Below are positions 1 through 12,700 of a DNA stretch of 64,000 bases, in pieces. The translations under genes and the position numbers were made by a program. Position 1 is the stretch's first letter; every line of letters begins with the position of its first letter. This DNA comes from Iphione sp. A-MEVVRFRX5 (taxonomy: Eukaryota), in NCBI GenBank assembly GCA_976226885.1, contig OZ320319.1:59520001-59584000 (forward strand), given 5' to 3'. The notes under the pieces were generated by a model, which saw only the letters and a list, made by a program, of their open reading frames with translations, did no database searches and was not told the origin of the DNA.

Positions 1-414
1 AATTGTATACATCAAATAATACACGTGCATTAAAACTCCTATTTCCAACCACATCAATTTGCGACATTTCTCGCTAATACAACCAGGTCAGCTTGGAACA
101 GAAGACTACATTTCTTATATTAACAATAACTGATTTCTGACCAAATGTGCCACTGTGACCACTTGAGCTAGGAACCAAGGGATGGTCGGAAATAGAGGTT
201 CAACTGTACACAGGAATACATTGCCTTGAAGCTAATTAAGAAATGTAGAACAGTGAAGTGTGATGACAATCATCCGTAGCCTTTGAGGTCCTATTCTTCT
301 CGAAGTAAGGAGCGACTTCATATGCATGTACCTTCCAATATACTAAACTACGTAGTCTGAATATTTTCACTATTATGGGGATAATAAACGGGTGCTCGTA
401 GTCTGCCAACCGAC

Positions 415-756
415 CTGGGGTTGAGAAGAGTGTGGATGACATGGACGGGTCACTCCTTCCATACTTGTTCTGCGCGCGCACCCGGAACATGTAGTCCTTC
501 TGTGGCTTGTAGTCGATCATGGTCCATGAGGTGGAGCACAGGTCCACACCCACTTCGATCCAGTTCTTGCTCGGTGGACAGCGCCTTTCGACAATGTACT
601 GGATCTCGGTCTGGACCCCGTAGGACGGGATTTCGGCGGGCTGCCATGAGAGCCGGAGTGAGTCATGGGTAATGTCGTGGACCATGGGCTTGTCCCTGAT
701 GGCACGAGGCGGGAGTTTCTCTTTCACCGGCTCCCTCCGCCCGGGCACCGCTTCAA
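415..756 (-). CDS. OBSCN: Exon, 342 nt, phase 1-1: second FN3 domain
   Basis: ORF 236..748 (LRLSWQP...YIVERR...YMFRVRAQNKYGRS); cag| acceptor. The G|GTCGGT donor is less certain. Confidence 0.88.
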
Positions 757-3700
757 CTGAAATGTCAAGAGAGGAATTCTGGAATTAGGGTCCAAGGATG
801 TAGGTGATGAAAACTTTCGGAGGAAAATGTGGAGTATATTCGGTACACTAGGTACGGTTTTTTTGGCACTGTTATTTTGTTCACAGAATGAATGACCAGA
901 AACAGGTTCCTACACATGCATGACATATTAGATCAGTCCCGACACAAATGATCTAGAGAGAAAAGTAACTAAACCATGTTCATAAGCATGTTCATCACTC
1001 CAAAATCTGATAGAGATAAATGGAAAGCTATTAGTGGTGTCATCACAACAACTGCGATATTAGGAATGGTTTAGACATCAATAAAGCGTTGTGTATGTTG
1101 TTGAATAAAACCTATCACCTAGAACATGTGCAGTCCATTTATATACATGGTGGCTCACATAGCCGGTACTATATCACTGAGTATTAATCGACAAAATAGT
1201 GACAAATTGTATTGCCAAAGCTCAACATTTCTTCCAAGTGAGAATGATTCGCATGAGCCCTAAGCATTTCCGTAACTGCCATGCAAGCCTTAAAAAGTTG
1301 TCTTCGATAAAGTACTTTATGGAAGGATATTTTTAAGCATATAATGGGCGTTGCATTTAGCGAAATGATATAGTTTGTTTGCTCTATCTAGCATCTACAT
1401 GAATTAGTATGTGAGTAATATAAGTAACAGACAAGGTAAACGAATCGAACTAAAATGAATATTGTTCTAGATATTATTGACACCGAACCCTTATTGTAAG
1501 AGCTTTGTACCGGAGAAGGTAAATGCCATATTAGTGCTTAGGAATTATCTCATAACGAAATTTATCCCATTCCCGTAGAAGAGGGTCCATCGTGCAACAA
1601 AAAATGATGAGTCAACATAAGAGGAAGCAAATGATTATGAAGCGTCTGTTTGGCGCTGAATCATTGAAGTCTTTACCATCACGGTCTAGACTGCCTCGGC
1701 CCAGACTCATACTTCGCCCTCGACTGAAGCTCCGACGACGGTTTCCTACCGTGGGGATGCAGATAAAAGAGAAGGACAAGAGAGGTCAAGGTATCGCACT
1801 CGGGGCACGGTCAAATATAGAGGTCAAAGTGAGATGTGTGCGTCAAGATCATATTAGATGGCATTTGGGTTTATTGGAGACAGACATGGGAACACAATAG
1901 TGTTCCAAGACAAGTGGAGTCAGGTGATAGGCAAGTGGGCTAAGTTAAGACGGACAGACAAGTACAAGGATTCAGCGAGCTGTTTCGATTACTTGAGATA
2001 TGTATGAGCGGGAGGGGTTTTAAATTTTGTTCCCGCTAGACAACTTGAAATATAGCTGATGTTGAAAACCATGATACGGTTTGGAACAATGACGAAAAAG
2101 TACAAAACTAAGAGAAAGGGGGTATGACCTACTAACGGGGTACCTGGAACTTTAACCTTTTGTGATTTATTCCTAGGCTACTGAAGTTTGGTAAACTGTA
2201 TACTCCCACTACTGTTGGCCTTTAAATACGGTAGCAACGGAAAAAAAAGGTGATTGGTCTATACTTTCACATTCTTGAATAATTAGTATGTCTTCGTTGG
2301 TGTTTCAAGAATTTAAGAACGTTCGGAACGAGAAGGGGAACTTTTGTAAATTTTCCTTTAAAAAGGACGCCTAGTCATGATCTTAGAATCAAGGATAAAG
2401 AGAATATCTTAGTTTCAGACCCCCCAAGAAAGGTCCCCTGCGAAGCTAAGTCGAGTAATGCAGGAGTCCACTTGGGTTGGGGAGAAAGCTGCCAGAAGAA
2501 AGACGAGTGTTTTGAATAAGAGGAAACTGGGATGAAGATTATACTCACGGTGCTTGGCCAGCACAGAGATGGTGTTGGTCGGATCTGAGTATCCACCAGA
2601 GTTGTAAGCCTTAACGCGGTACATATAGTCCTTTAGAGGGTCGAAGTCCGACACTTGACAGTTGGTATCCACCAAGTCGGCTTGCACCGTGATCCATTCA
2701 TTGCCAGGGAGCTGACATCTCTCTAGACAGTATCTGAAAATAGGCAAGAAGAAGGAAAATGCCATGGAAAAAAAATTAGCACAGGAACAGAAAGAGCAAT
2801 CCTTAGAAAAACAACTTTGGAAAAGTCAATGAAATTCGTCATAGGTCATGTAGAAAATTGTGTAAAATATAACATTGTGTAGTTCTTAGCACACTTTATT
2901 TACGAAAACTAAAAAAGTGATATATGGGATGTGGTATTCACTAACACTCAAGCTGCAGTTTGGAATGTCTCTCATTGCGCTCCTCCTAATCCCTAGAGAA
3001 TAAATCACTTAAATCTAGGGAGTTTTTATAACTAGTCGTCGGCTAACTGACAGGCAAAAGGACCACAAACGTACTTGATGATGACAGGCTTGCACTTAGG
3101 TGGTAAGATAGCTGGCAGCCAGGAAAGCTTGAAGTTGTTGACGTCGATGTCTGTCAGGTAGGGCTTGTCCATGGGCATGATGGGAGGTTTAACAGACTTA
3201 TCAAACTCTCGACCAAGCGACGTGCGCAGAGGTTCAACAGGCTTCGGAGCTTTAAAACAGGAACATATTATCATTGTTATACCTATATGACATGAATTTA
3301 TGATCATGAAGATAAAGGAGTGCTCGAGAAAAAAAACAAGAAAAAAAATAATAACACCAAGACGAACAGGGAGAACATAGGATTTGAATAAAGTGGTGTA
3401 ACTTAGGCACAGGCCTACACAGAACTACAATCTATGAAGAATCTCAGGTACTCCAAGGTTCAGGTGAGATACTTCACCCACTGAGATAAGATCGGTGTCT
3501 ATGGGTTGCCCATCTTTTCTCTGACTTAGTTAAGAACGGATGTAATGTGGTGTTGGTTAAATGTAACTTGTTTATACGATTGACATGGAACTGGCTGAAA
3601 GGAGAGTTTGGCTTCAGACACATGCTGATGCCATATGAAGTAGCCATATCTTATGAACGTCAGGGGTATCCAAGTTGAGTGTCAACGGATGACATGTAAA

Positions 3701-6700
3701 TCTCCTCTGAGGAGGCACATAATTGAATTGTATTTAAATTTGCTACTTGGCAATGATTCAAAAGCATTTTCATATGTAAAATACAAATCACTCTAGGTCT
3801 AAGCATAGAATAAATGATGAATGAAAGCACTCCCTGAAAGGAACTGGAAAGCTGCTTATAATTAGGCTTCAAGTCCTCTTGTTAATGATGTACATCATGT
3901 CTGACCAGCTTAATGATTACAACCGTCACTGGTGTTCTACTAATCTTCGATGACGAGCAACTTACTCTCAATGGTGAGCTCAGCTGAGCATTTGGTAGTA
4001 CCAGCCGAGTTGGTCAGGATGCATTCGTATGTCCCTGCATCCTCCATCTCCGCATTGTTAATCATTAGGCTGAACTGATTCTGCTCTCGCTCGATGATGA
4101 TGTGTTCGGTTGTTTCGAGAACCTTTCCTTCCTTTAGCCTGGAAAAAGAGATAATACACAGTGCAACAGTTAACCTTGACATTGAATATATCTTCATTGC
4201 ATGTATTTAATTCACTCTAGTATATGCAAAGAGAAACCACAGACAGGGCGCATTTATTCGATAAATATCTAGTACGTGCACAGGGAAACCACAGACATGG
4301 TGCATTTATCCGATAAATATAGGAAAACAGCAATTGGATAAAAAAAAATTTAATTTAGTGATTCCCTGTTGTCTCGATTTGAGCGCCACCCGGATCTACT
4401 CGTATATAACAATGTGCAATCACCTATTTATCATTCTGACCGGCATTGCTCAAGTATATAATATTAGGATATAATTTCCACGTATTCAAGAAGGGGTACG
4501 ATATGTAATTTTTTGCTTACCAGGAGACCTCAGGGTCAGGTACACCCACGCACTTACAGTTGAAGCGTGCTAAGGTTCCTAGTGGGACTTTCTGGTTGGA
4601 GATGCGGCGGGTGAAGGATGGAGCATATGCCATCTCCATGGGCTCTTCCTCCCTGGAAGAGAATATAAACGTTTCTGCAGATCATATAAAAACATTGTTT
4701 CAATCAACTGCTACCTAGACTGAGCTGATGTGTCCCCATTGTCACGTACTCGTGGCCATCAACAAGCGAGAAGGTGGTTACTTAACCAAACCAGGAGATA
4801 AAGTCGTACAAATACGATTAAAAGGTGAAACTTGTTTGCAAGAGAGATTTCATCCGACAAGCTAGGTGGATGAGGTGTACCTCCTAACTAAACATTTTCA
4901 AAAACTACGGCTGTAACATGGTCTCTAAGAAGGATTTTATCTAATAAGTAATATAGATGAGGTAAACCTCCTAGCTAATTAAAAATAGATGGGTGTCTTC
5001 CGGCCTTTTATTTTATAATTAGAAACAGATACTTAAGGTGGTAACATGACTATTTGCAAATTTAACAAGGGTCTTACATATGTAATATTGTTCTGGCGTG
5101 ATACTGATATGGCCTTGGAAGGAACTTCAAAGGCAACGTGTACATGAATGAACATCCTGCCCAATAATCAAACCTACGGGTTTATTTGGGCAATGTCAAT
5201 TTCGATTTTCATTAAAATGGTCTTAACATTCTGGTAGATCTACTTGCTAGCCACCATAAAGGAAGAATTTACTTGACAGCCTCCTTCAGTGTGAGTGTAG
5301 CGCTGCAGGACACTTCGCCTGCCTCGTTCGCTGCCTTGCATGTGTATTCTCCGGCATCCCTCATCATGGTTGTGTTAAGTACCAACGTGTGCTCACCCTC
5401 TAAAGTGTAGATCTTTATACGCTCAGTCTCCTGCAGACAAAGTTATATACAATTGACATGGGTGAATACAGATGTGAACACATCAGAGTCCAGATCCAAA
5501 CTGTTTACTCCTCAGCTAGATCCTCCTTTTTATAGCCTCTTAGGCACAGTATTAGCCAATAAAGTTGTTTAACTCATTTACGTAGCCGATCAGACCACAG
5601 CTCCTTATAAAGATACCATGTATACAATTATTGAGTAATTACAACCAATCTGCTCAGAACAACAGGTTTGCAACAAAGTAACGCTTTATGGAACAGTAAG
5701 TTAACCAATGAGCATAGCTGGTACAGAATAAGGGAAGCAGGATGCCTGTGGCACAACTAAATATGGGGGCAAAGTGACCATAGCCTGATCTAAAGGTGAG
5801 TTTCAGGCTATGGAGCTTACACATTGTCCACTTTACTTATATTCTCAATGATCTCTCTGTATGCAATGAACCCAACAATTTAAGGCTAGGGACCTTATAT
5901 ACTGCAGGCATTTTGGGGCTGTGAAAATTGTCACTCTCACACAATCTAGTTGACATTCTCTATTGAAAAACGGTATCTTGAGTTAAAAATGTACATTTTT
6001 CAAGATAATGAAGTAGTGGTTTTGGCAATACTATAGTCTACCAATGTATACTTCGTGTCAGGAGTATAAAATAGTATTTAAGGTTTTCCAAAGGAAAAAC
6101 ACTATCAGCAAAGGACTGCAAACTCGGCCTCCTTCTTTTGAATAATCCAGTGGAAAGTCGTGTATGATATTTAGATTACAATGCTGATCGATGATTCTCA
6201 ATTTTGTCTACTATAGATTAATGACTGCAAGCCTCTAACTCATTAGAGGCAATGTCTGACAGACAGCAAAGATAATATAACAGACTATGTCAACCACAGG
6301 AAAATTATAACAAGAAACTTGGCAATCCAAAGGTATTAAGATAAAATCTAGAGGCTTATTTTGACCTGTTCATTTGACAGTGCTACTCACAATGAGCGGC
6401 ATGTGCTTGAAGTACCACGTGACTTCTGGCCGGGGTTGACCTTTCACCCAGCACCTTAGTTGCGCCTTTTCCCCGCAGGTGGCGGTTACGTCTGTGAGTT
6501 TATCAGCAAACTCAGGCTCGACGGCTGGTGCCGTGGGGGTGGCCGGGTCGACCAGGAGGACGGCCATGGAATCAGCCGTACCGGCTTTGCTGGTTATACG
6601 ACAGGTATACTTGCCAGCGTCCTTCAGTGACGTCGACTTGATGGTAAGGATGGCTGTCTCACCTGTGTATTAGGCGCCACATATTCATATAATTATTTTC

Positions 6701-9700
6701 TAACTAAGATGTTTTCAACAAAACTCCCAATTTAAAATATTAAAGTAATTTAATCTGCCTAACATAGGGTTATCTTAATCTCCTGTACACAACATTTTTC
6801 ATCACAAAATATTATATTCAGAGTAACAAAGAGAACACCTCACCAGAGGGCTGTTCCTAACCTGGGACACATAGAACTTCACCTAAATCCCGCATGATAT
6901 TAACATCAACACGATTCGTTACTACGGCTACAAAGATCGTCACGGAGTTGTTTTTCACAGCCTCTTTAAGAAAATCATTAACTCACCATCGAAGCTCATT
7001 CTGTAGCCCTTGTCAGGCTTGACAACCTGGCCATCTCTAAGCCACATAATCTCCGGTTCTGGGACTCCCGTGACAGTACAGCTCAGCTTGGTTTTTTGAC
7101 CTTCAACAGCTGACACGTCCTTCAACCCAGATGTAAAAGCAGGTGTGCGCCAACTTAGCTTATCGTCAAGGTCACTCACGTAGAGATTTGCAGAGGACGT
7201 TTTCTTGCCTGCACTATTGGTGGCTTTGACCTTGTAGGTCCCTTCGTCTCCGGTGCTCACCCGTTCAATGAAAAGGACGTACGTCTCTTCATCCTCGAAT
7301 AGGAACTTGAAGCGGTCCCCGGACTGGATCTCCTCACCGTTGTGGTACCTTTTGTTAATAAAATTGATTATTCGATACTCACATTCATTCAATTGTTGAG
7401 GATGCTAGGTCATAACCGAAGGATGATTAATCGCGCAAACTGTCACTAGACTCGGGAAATTCTACTATGATCCATGAGCATTTCCTACTTTTTTCTACTA
7501 CAAGTTGACGTGCACAATAGATAATTCCCTACACACTACTAAAATAGTCACTCTCGTACAAAAACTATTAGTTTAAAGTCATGAGATTTAGCGGTTAGAG
7601 ATACAAGGAACATGAAGTTGTATTTTCGTCCACTCAATGCAATATTATATTCGGATCGTACATCGCGCGCGAGCAGTTTTGAGACCCGATTTCTATTGAC
7701 GTTACAGTCTAATAATACTCTATCTGTTTTAGATGTTTGCGAAGGAATCCCAGAATACGTATGACTCACCAAGAGACCTCAGGTTCAGGGACACCTGTGA
7801 TCTTGACTTCAAAGCGTGCTTGACTTCCTAGGTTGGTGTCAACGTCTGTCAACTTGGTCTTGAACGACGGCGCCACACTCTCCATTTCTAAACAAGAGGC
7901 CATTGCACAGGTTTGATTATGAGGCGCAAGATTTCAGACGTTAACGTTTTGAAAGTCAACTTTGACAACCACGTATGAATATAGATATTCAAGTGTTATA
8001 CATATATATAGTGGCACAAAATGTACGATACAATATCAGAAGTCCTGGCGTTCTCTCTTGTCTACTTTGTTCGTTTTAACCAGGAAGAAAATTATGTTTG
8101 GGAAAATATTTACTTCGGAAAAACTTCAGTACTTTGGTTCTTTCAATACTCCCTGCATCTACATCCTTTAGTTGCTATTTCAGTGAGACGCTGCGTGAAC
8201 AAATAGTATACAGAAAGTTAATGATTCCTATTACCTATTGATCAAGGTAATATAAACACATAATTATCTAGAAATATGTTTAACATTAGGGAAATCATGC
8301 ATTTTGATTATGGAGAACACACCATGCACGCTGAACTTTACGATTGATACTCGCTGGTATACAACCTGCGAGAATATAAGGGCACTACCTTGGGTGTCTG
8401 TGTCTGAACCACTCGAATGAACTACAGGTCTGTCAGTCCGACTGGGGGCAGCAGCCTCAGAATCAGAAGCACCAGAAGTCGCTGTTAGGTAATTTAGACT
8501 AGACAAGCTTCCCCTCGCTGAGAGGTAATCCTGGCGGCTTGTGGTGGAGTGAGCATCAGTGAAGTCGTCATCCGTGAGACTTGAAGCTGATAGGTACCCG
8601 GCACAGTGTCTCAGAGGAGGGGAGTCTGCACTGAGGTACTCGCCGTCCGTCAGACTCGAGAACGAGTTGTACCGCGAGCTGATGGTGGAGCGCGCATCGA
8701 GATATTCACCATCGGTCAGATTCGATATGGAAGATTCATATCCGCTGAAGCTGTACAAGCTGGCAGGTCTTGAGTGAGCACTAAAGTACTCGGTGTCTGC
8801 AAGACTCAGGTTGGATGCGGTGAGGCTGAGCCTGGACTCGGTGGGACTCAGGTTGGCTTCGTCCCTCTCGTCAAGGCTCGAGTTAGACGACGAGCACCTC
8901 ATACGGTGTCTGGCCATGGGTGATGAGTACACCTCATAGAGATATTCCGGAAGGCTCATCGTCGAGCCAAACGTGGTGAAGTCCTCCTCGTTGTAGATGC
9001 GGTAGTCTCCTGAAGTCAAAGGCACACACCATGCACATGCAAAGGGAGGGTCATACAAACACCGGAATAAAAACTATATTCTTAAAGTCCGAGGCATAGG
9101 AAGATATTTGCAAGAAGCTCATATCGAAAACAATACTGATAGAACAATGCTTCAAGTATGGTTGCGTTTAAAGCAGTTGTTAGTAAAACTCCTGTTTCTC
9201 AAGGGTCATGCTATGAGAACAATTGAAAACAAAGGCACTACTGCTGCCTTCAACATGGCATTAGTATCTGTCTGAAGGAAATTCAACTGTTATTTTCAAC
9301 GTCAGCATTTTGAAAGGCACGTCGGTAGAAACAATCACTTACCTATGATTAGATCTGCCGAGGATTCAACTTCCCCGTTCTTATTCCTGGCCTTTATCGT
9401 GTACTTCCCAGCGATGTCCTTCCTGACTTTGGGAATGAATAGCATGTACTTGCTGCCATCCATCTCGAACCTGTAGTCGGTCGACTGCTTCAGCAACTGA
9501 CCGTTGTAGTACCATTTGATGTCGGGGGCAGGTAGTCCAGAGATCTGACACTCAAACCACACAGGCTCACCCTCTGTACAGGAATTAAGAAATGTACTTT
9601 GTTGTAGCATATCTCTAACAGTCAGTAGTTATTGTTGCTTTTATCATGCGGCTTCCCCACAACCTGATAAGATACCAGATGTGTTAACATATAATGCATT

Positions 9701-12700
9701 TCTTTTGGTAAGAGTTTAAGGAACAAGAGTTAGCTTTTGTCAAAGCATCATAAACAAAAATATCCCACCATCTAAACAAGATTTAAGATAATACATAGAT
9801 TTACATTAGCGTTGAAAACTATCAAGTGGTTTATAATCTATAGAAAGTTATATGGTCGAACATCAAGGTAAATCCAGTTCCTATGTTGTACCAACTCATC
9901 TCAATTGAATAGTTTAAAATTCTGAATTCAGATCAGGACACCGGAAATAGCCCCAGTTGTACAACAAATGAATATACCTAGGGCAGCAGATCGCCTTGAT
10001 AGACCAGTGAGTATTATAAATTAAACTATACAAAGAATCAGGAGAACTGCACCTGTGGAGGTGACTGGCTTGAGTTTGGCAGTGAAAGTTGGTGCTGCAT
10101 TCTCCTCCTCCACGGCAGAATGGTAGCTGCTGCTAATGTCACTCTCCTCTCCATCAGCTGTCACATAACCTGAAAGGTGAGCACCATATCTGAAGATACG
10201 CCTACCTTGAATCAGGGGTTCAATGTTCTAGTCCTGTCCCCTAGTTGCTTTCATTCACACTCATATGTAAGATAAGCCTAAACGTTCTACGTATATAGCA
10301 CGTACATGTACAAAAAGAAACTGCCTAAATACATGAAACGTATATTCTCTTTCAGCACATTCACATACCGACAGATAAACGACAGGTCGTATTTACTCCA
10401 CCGCCCATAGATATGTTTACATGTAATTAAATTCACTCTTTTGTTATGATGAGCAAGTTTGTCAAATAGAACGAAAAAATTAATTATCATATATTACACT
10501 ATATCTATTTGTCCATCATTAATTTAAGAAGTCCAAATGTATTTAATTTGAATGATTATATTTTGAATTTGCCATAGGATGTTGGGATTATTTGTGTAAC
10601 AATTTTATTACTGAAACTGCCTGTTCAAAATGAATCTTCATTTTAAAGAATCATTCTTTATTAATTTCTGGTTTAACTTTCTTTCATAATTGTTTTGTCA
10701 TAGAAAATTGACTATACACAGCTTGACACCACATTAAGAAAGGGGACGTAGACCTTGGTAGAAGAATATTACATGTATAATAAGGTGTAGAAATACATGT
10801 ACAGAGAGAAGGTAGAGATACACAAATAAACCCCTCAATCATCTGTGATTTAATCTCTGGTTACGGTAAAGCACGGTAAGAAAAAGTATTTAAGGATAAA
10901 AATATTTCACATTAACTTTACAACCTCTTTCCGTAGGAAGGGTTAAAATCATGCAAAATAAATGCAGAATAACCAAGGTTAACACTGAAAAAATGACAAG
11001 CCAGAATCATGCTGCTGCGACAGTAACTTGACAAGTGGAGAAGCGAGAAGCTGGGGAATGCCAGTAAGTACTGAGTATTGAGAAGAAATGGAGAGCCCAT
11101 GGTATCGTGGGATTACTACGTGTAGAAGAAAGAATTCGCCAGAGGAAGAATGTATTAACATCTAACATCAACTAGACAAGACAAACCCCAAACACAAATA
11201 CATATACACATATTACAAAACAACAGTAGGAAGAAGAAAAACAGAAAAAAGTACAAAAGTAATCTTCGTTTTAAAATTAAAGCTTGAAATTCTAGTCATA
11301 CAAATCAACTACAACTACAAGCTATACTAGTGGCAATAAGTAATGTCGATTTGTATGCAATTTAAAAAAGAATATATACTATGAATCAATTTCATACCTC
11401 TGTTAACGAAGCAGATGTGTTCCTTTGTCTCGCTTCATTGCGAGCAGCTTCACTATCAGAGGTGCTAGTATTTCAGGCTACATTTCCAATGCTCTTTACT
11501 TGATATAGATTTAAGTGGAATTTGTGATTGTAGAACTGTCTGTTATCTGTAATTGCCCTCTTTCACTTCAGTTTATGAGCGTGAAAATAACTTTGCAAAA
11601 TGGGCCTGACACCGCAAGACATTGAGCGGAAGACTAACTTTGATATAGAGGAGCTTCGTTCTCAGAGGCTTCCTTAATTGAAATATACTTGCACTAAATT
11701 CGCGGGTATATGAGATGTACATGTATACAGCTAAGTATCAGATCTAACGCACATGTATATTCCACGTACCATTGCGGAGCATTTTTGTTGAGCGAGAGTG
11801 GACCATTAGACATCGGTCAAGTTAAGTGAGGCTGACCTAGCTTGAACTGGACACGTGCGCCATCTCATGGCCATGCATGTGACCACAGTCACGTAATAAC
11901 GACAACGTGATCCCTTTAAAGTGTAACCGTGAAGCCTCCCATGTTACTTACTGGCCCAGGGGAAATTGCCAACACCACGCTAGTTACTGTAATGATCGTA
12001 GGTGACCTTTAAATGTCCCCGTCCCCCAGGACCTCCAGCATCTGCTATAATACGTGACCCCTTCACTTCCGGTACACATGCTCACCACGGGCGCTGGACG
12101 CAGAGATGTCGCTATCAGACCGGAAGTCAAGCAGGTCGTTGACTACTTCCGGCGGCGCGTCTGGCCGAGCGCGGGAAGGTGCACCTGCCTTTTGGGGAAA
12201 GGTGGGGCGCGCGCGGAGGAGGAGACGTGAGCGCTCCTCAGCGGGAATGTCGATTTCCTCAATGCCTTTTCACAAGCAGAGCGCCATTAGATAGGTTATA
12301 GGGGAATGGAAATTAGGGTCCATTTTGTAATTGGGTGATCAGAATATTATGTATTTGGGGAGGTTACTCTTAGTATGGAACCAGTAGAAAAGGAAGGCGA
12401 CGGAGAAATGAAAGAGTGAAAGAGATAGACAGAAAATAATATAAGAAATTGGGAGGGAGAGTGAGGTGGAGGAGAAGGGGAGTTAGAAACAGGAGATAAG
12501 AGTGTGAGAAGAGAATCGAGGGTCAGAAGGAGAAAGGGCAGACGGACCGAAACAGCGGTAGTTTCAAAAGGGGGGGGGGGTGGATCCAAATTGCTTTATA
12601 GCTTCATGGGGAGATGTTGGTGAGGCAAGGGCAGAGGAAGGATCGGTTATATCGGGCAGTGAATTATATCATAACACCCCGAAAGAAGCAACCCGAATAA

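Noticed and set aside
236-414. ORF continuation past the second FN3 (…VAPYFEKNRTSK…)
   Set aside because: It cannot be distinguished from intron read-through, and no convincing acceptor/donor pair or domain was found.
1592-1900. Plus-strand 102-aa ORF
   Set aside because: It overlaps the minus-strand microexon and its pyrimidine tract, and has no recognisable product.
11395-11470. Minus-strand stretch reading SDSEAARNEARQR before a GTATG donor, resembling SDSEAAAPSR in the 621-nt exon
   Set aside because: There is an in-frame stop immediately upstream and no acceptor/donor pair compatible with the phase-1 context.
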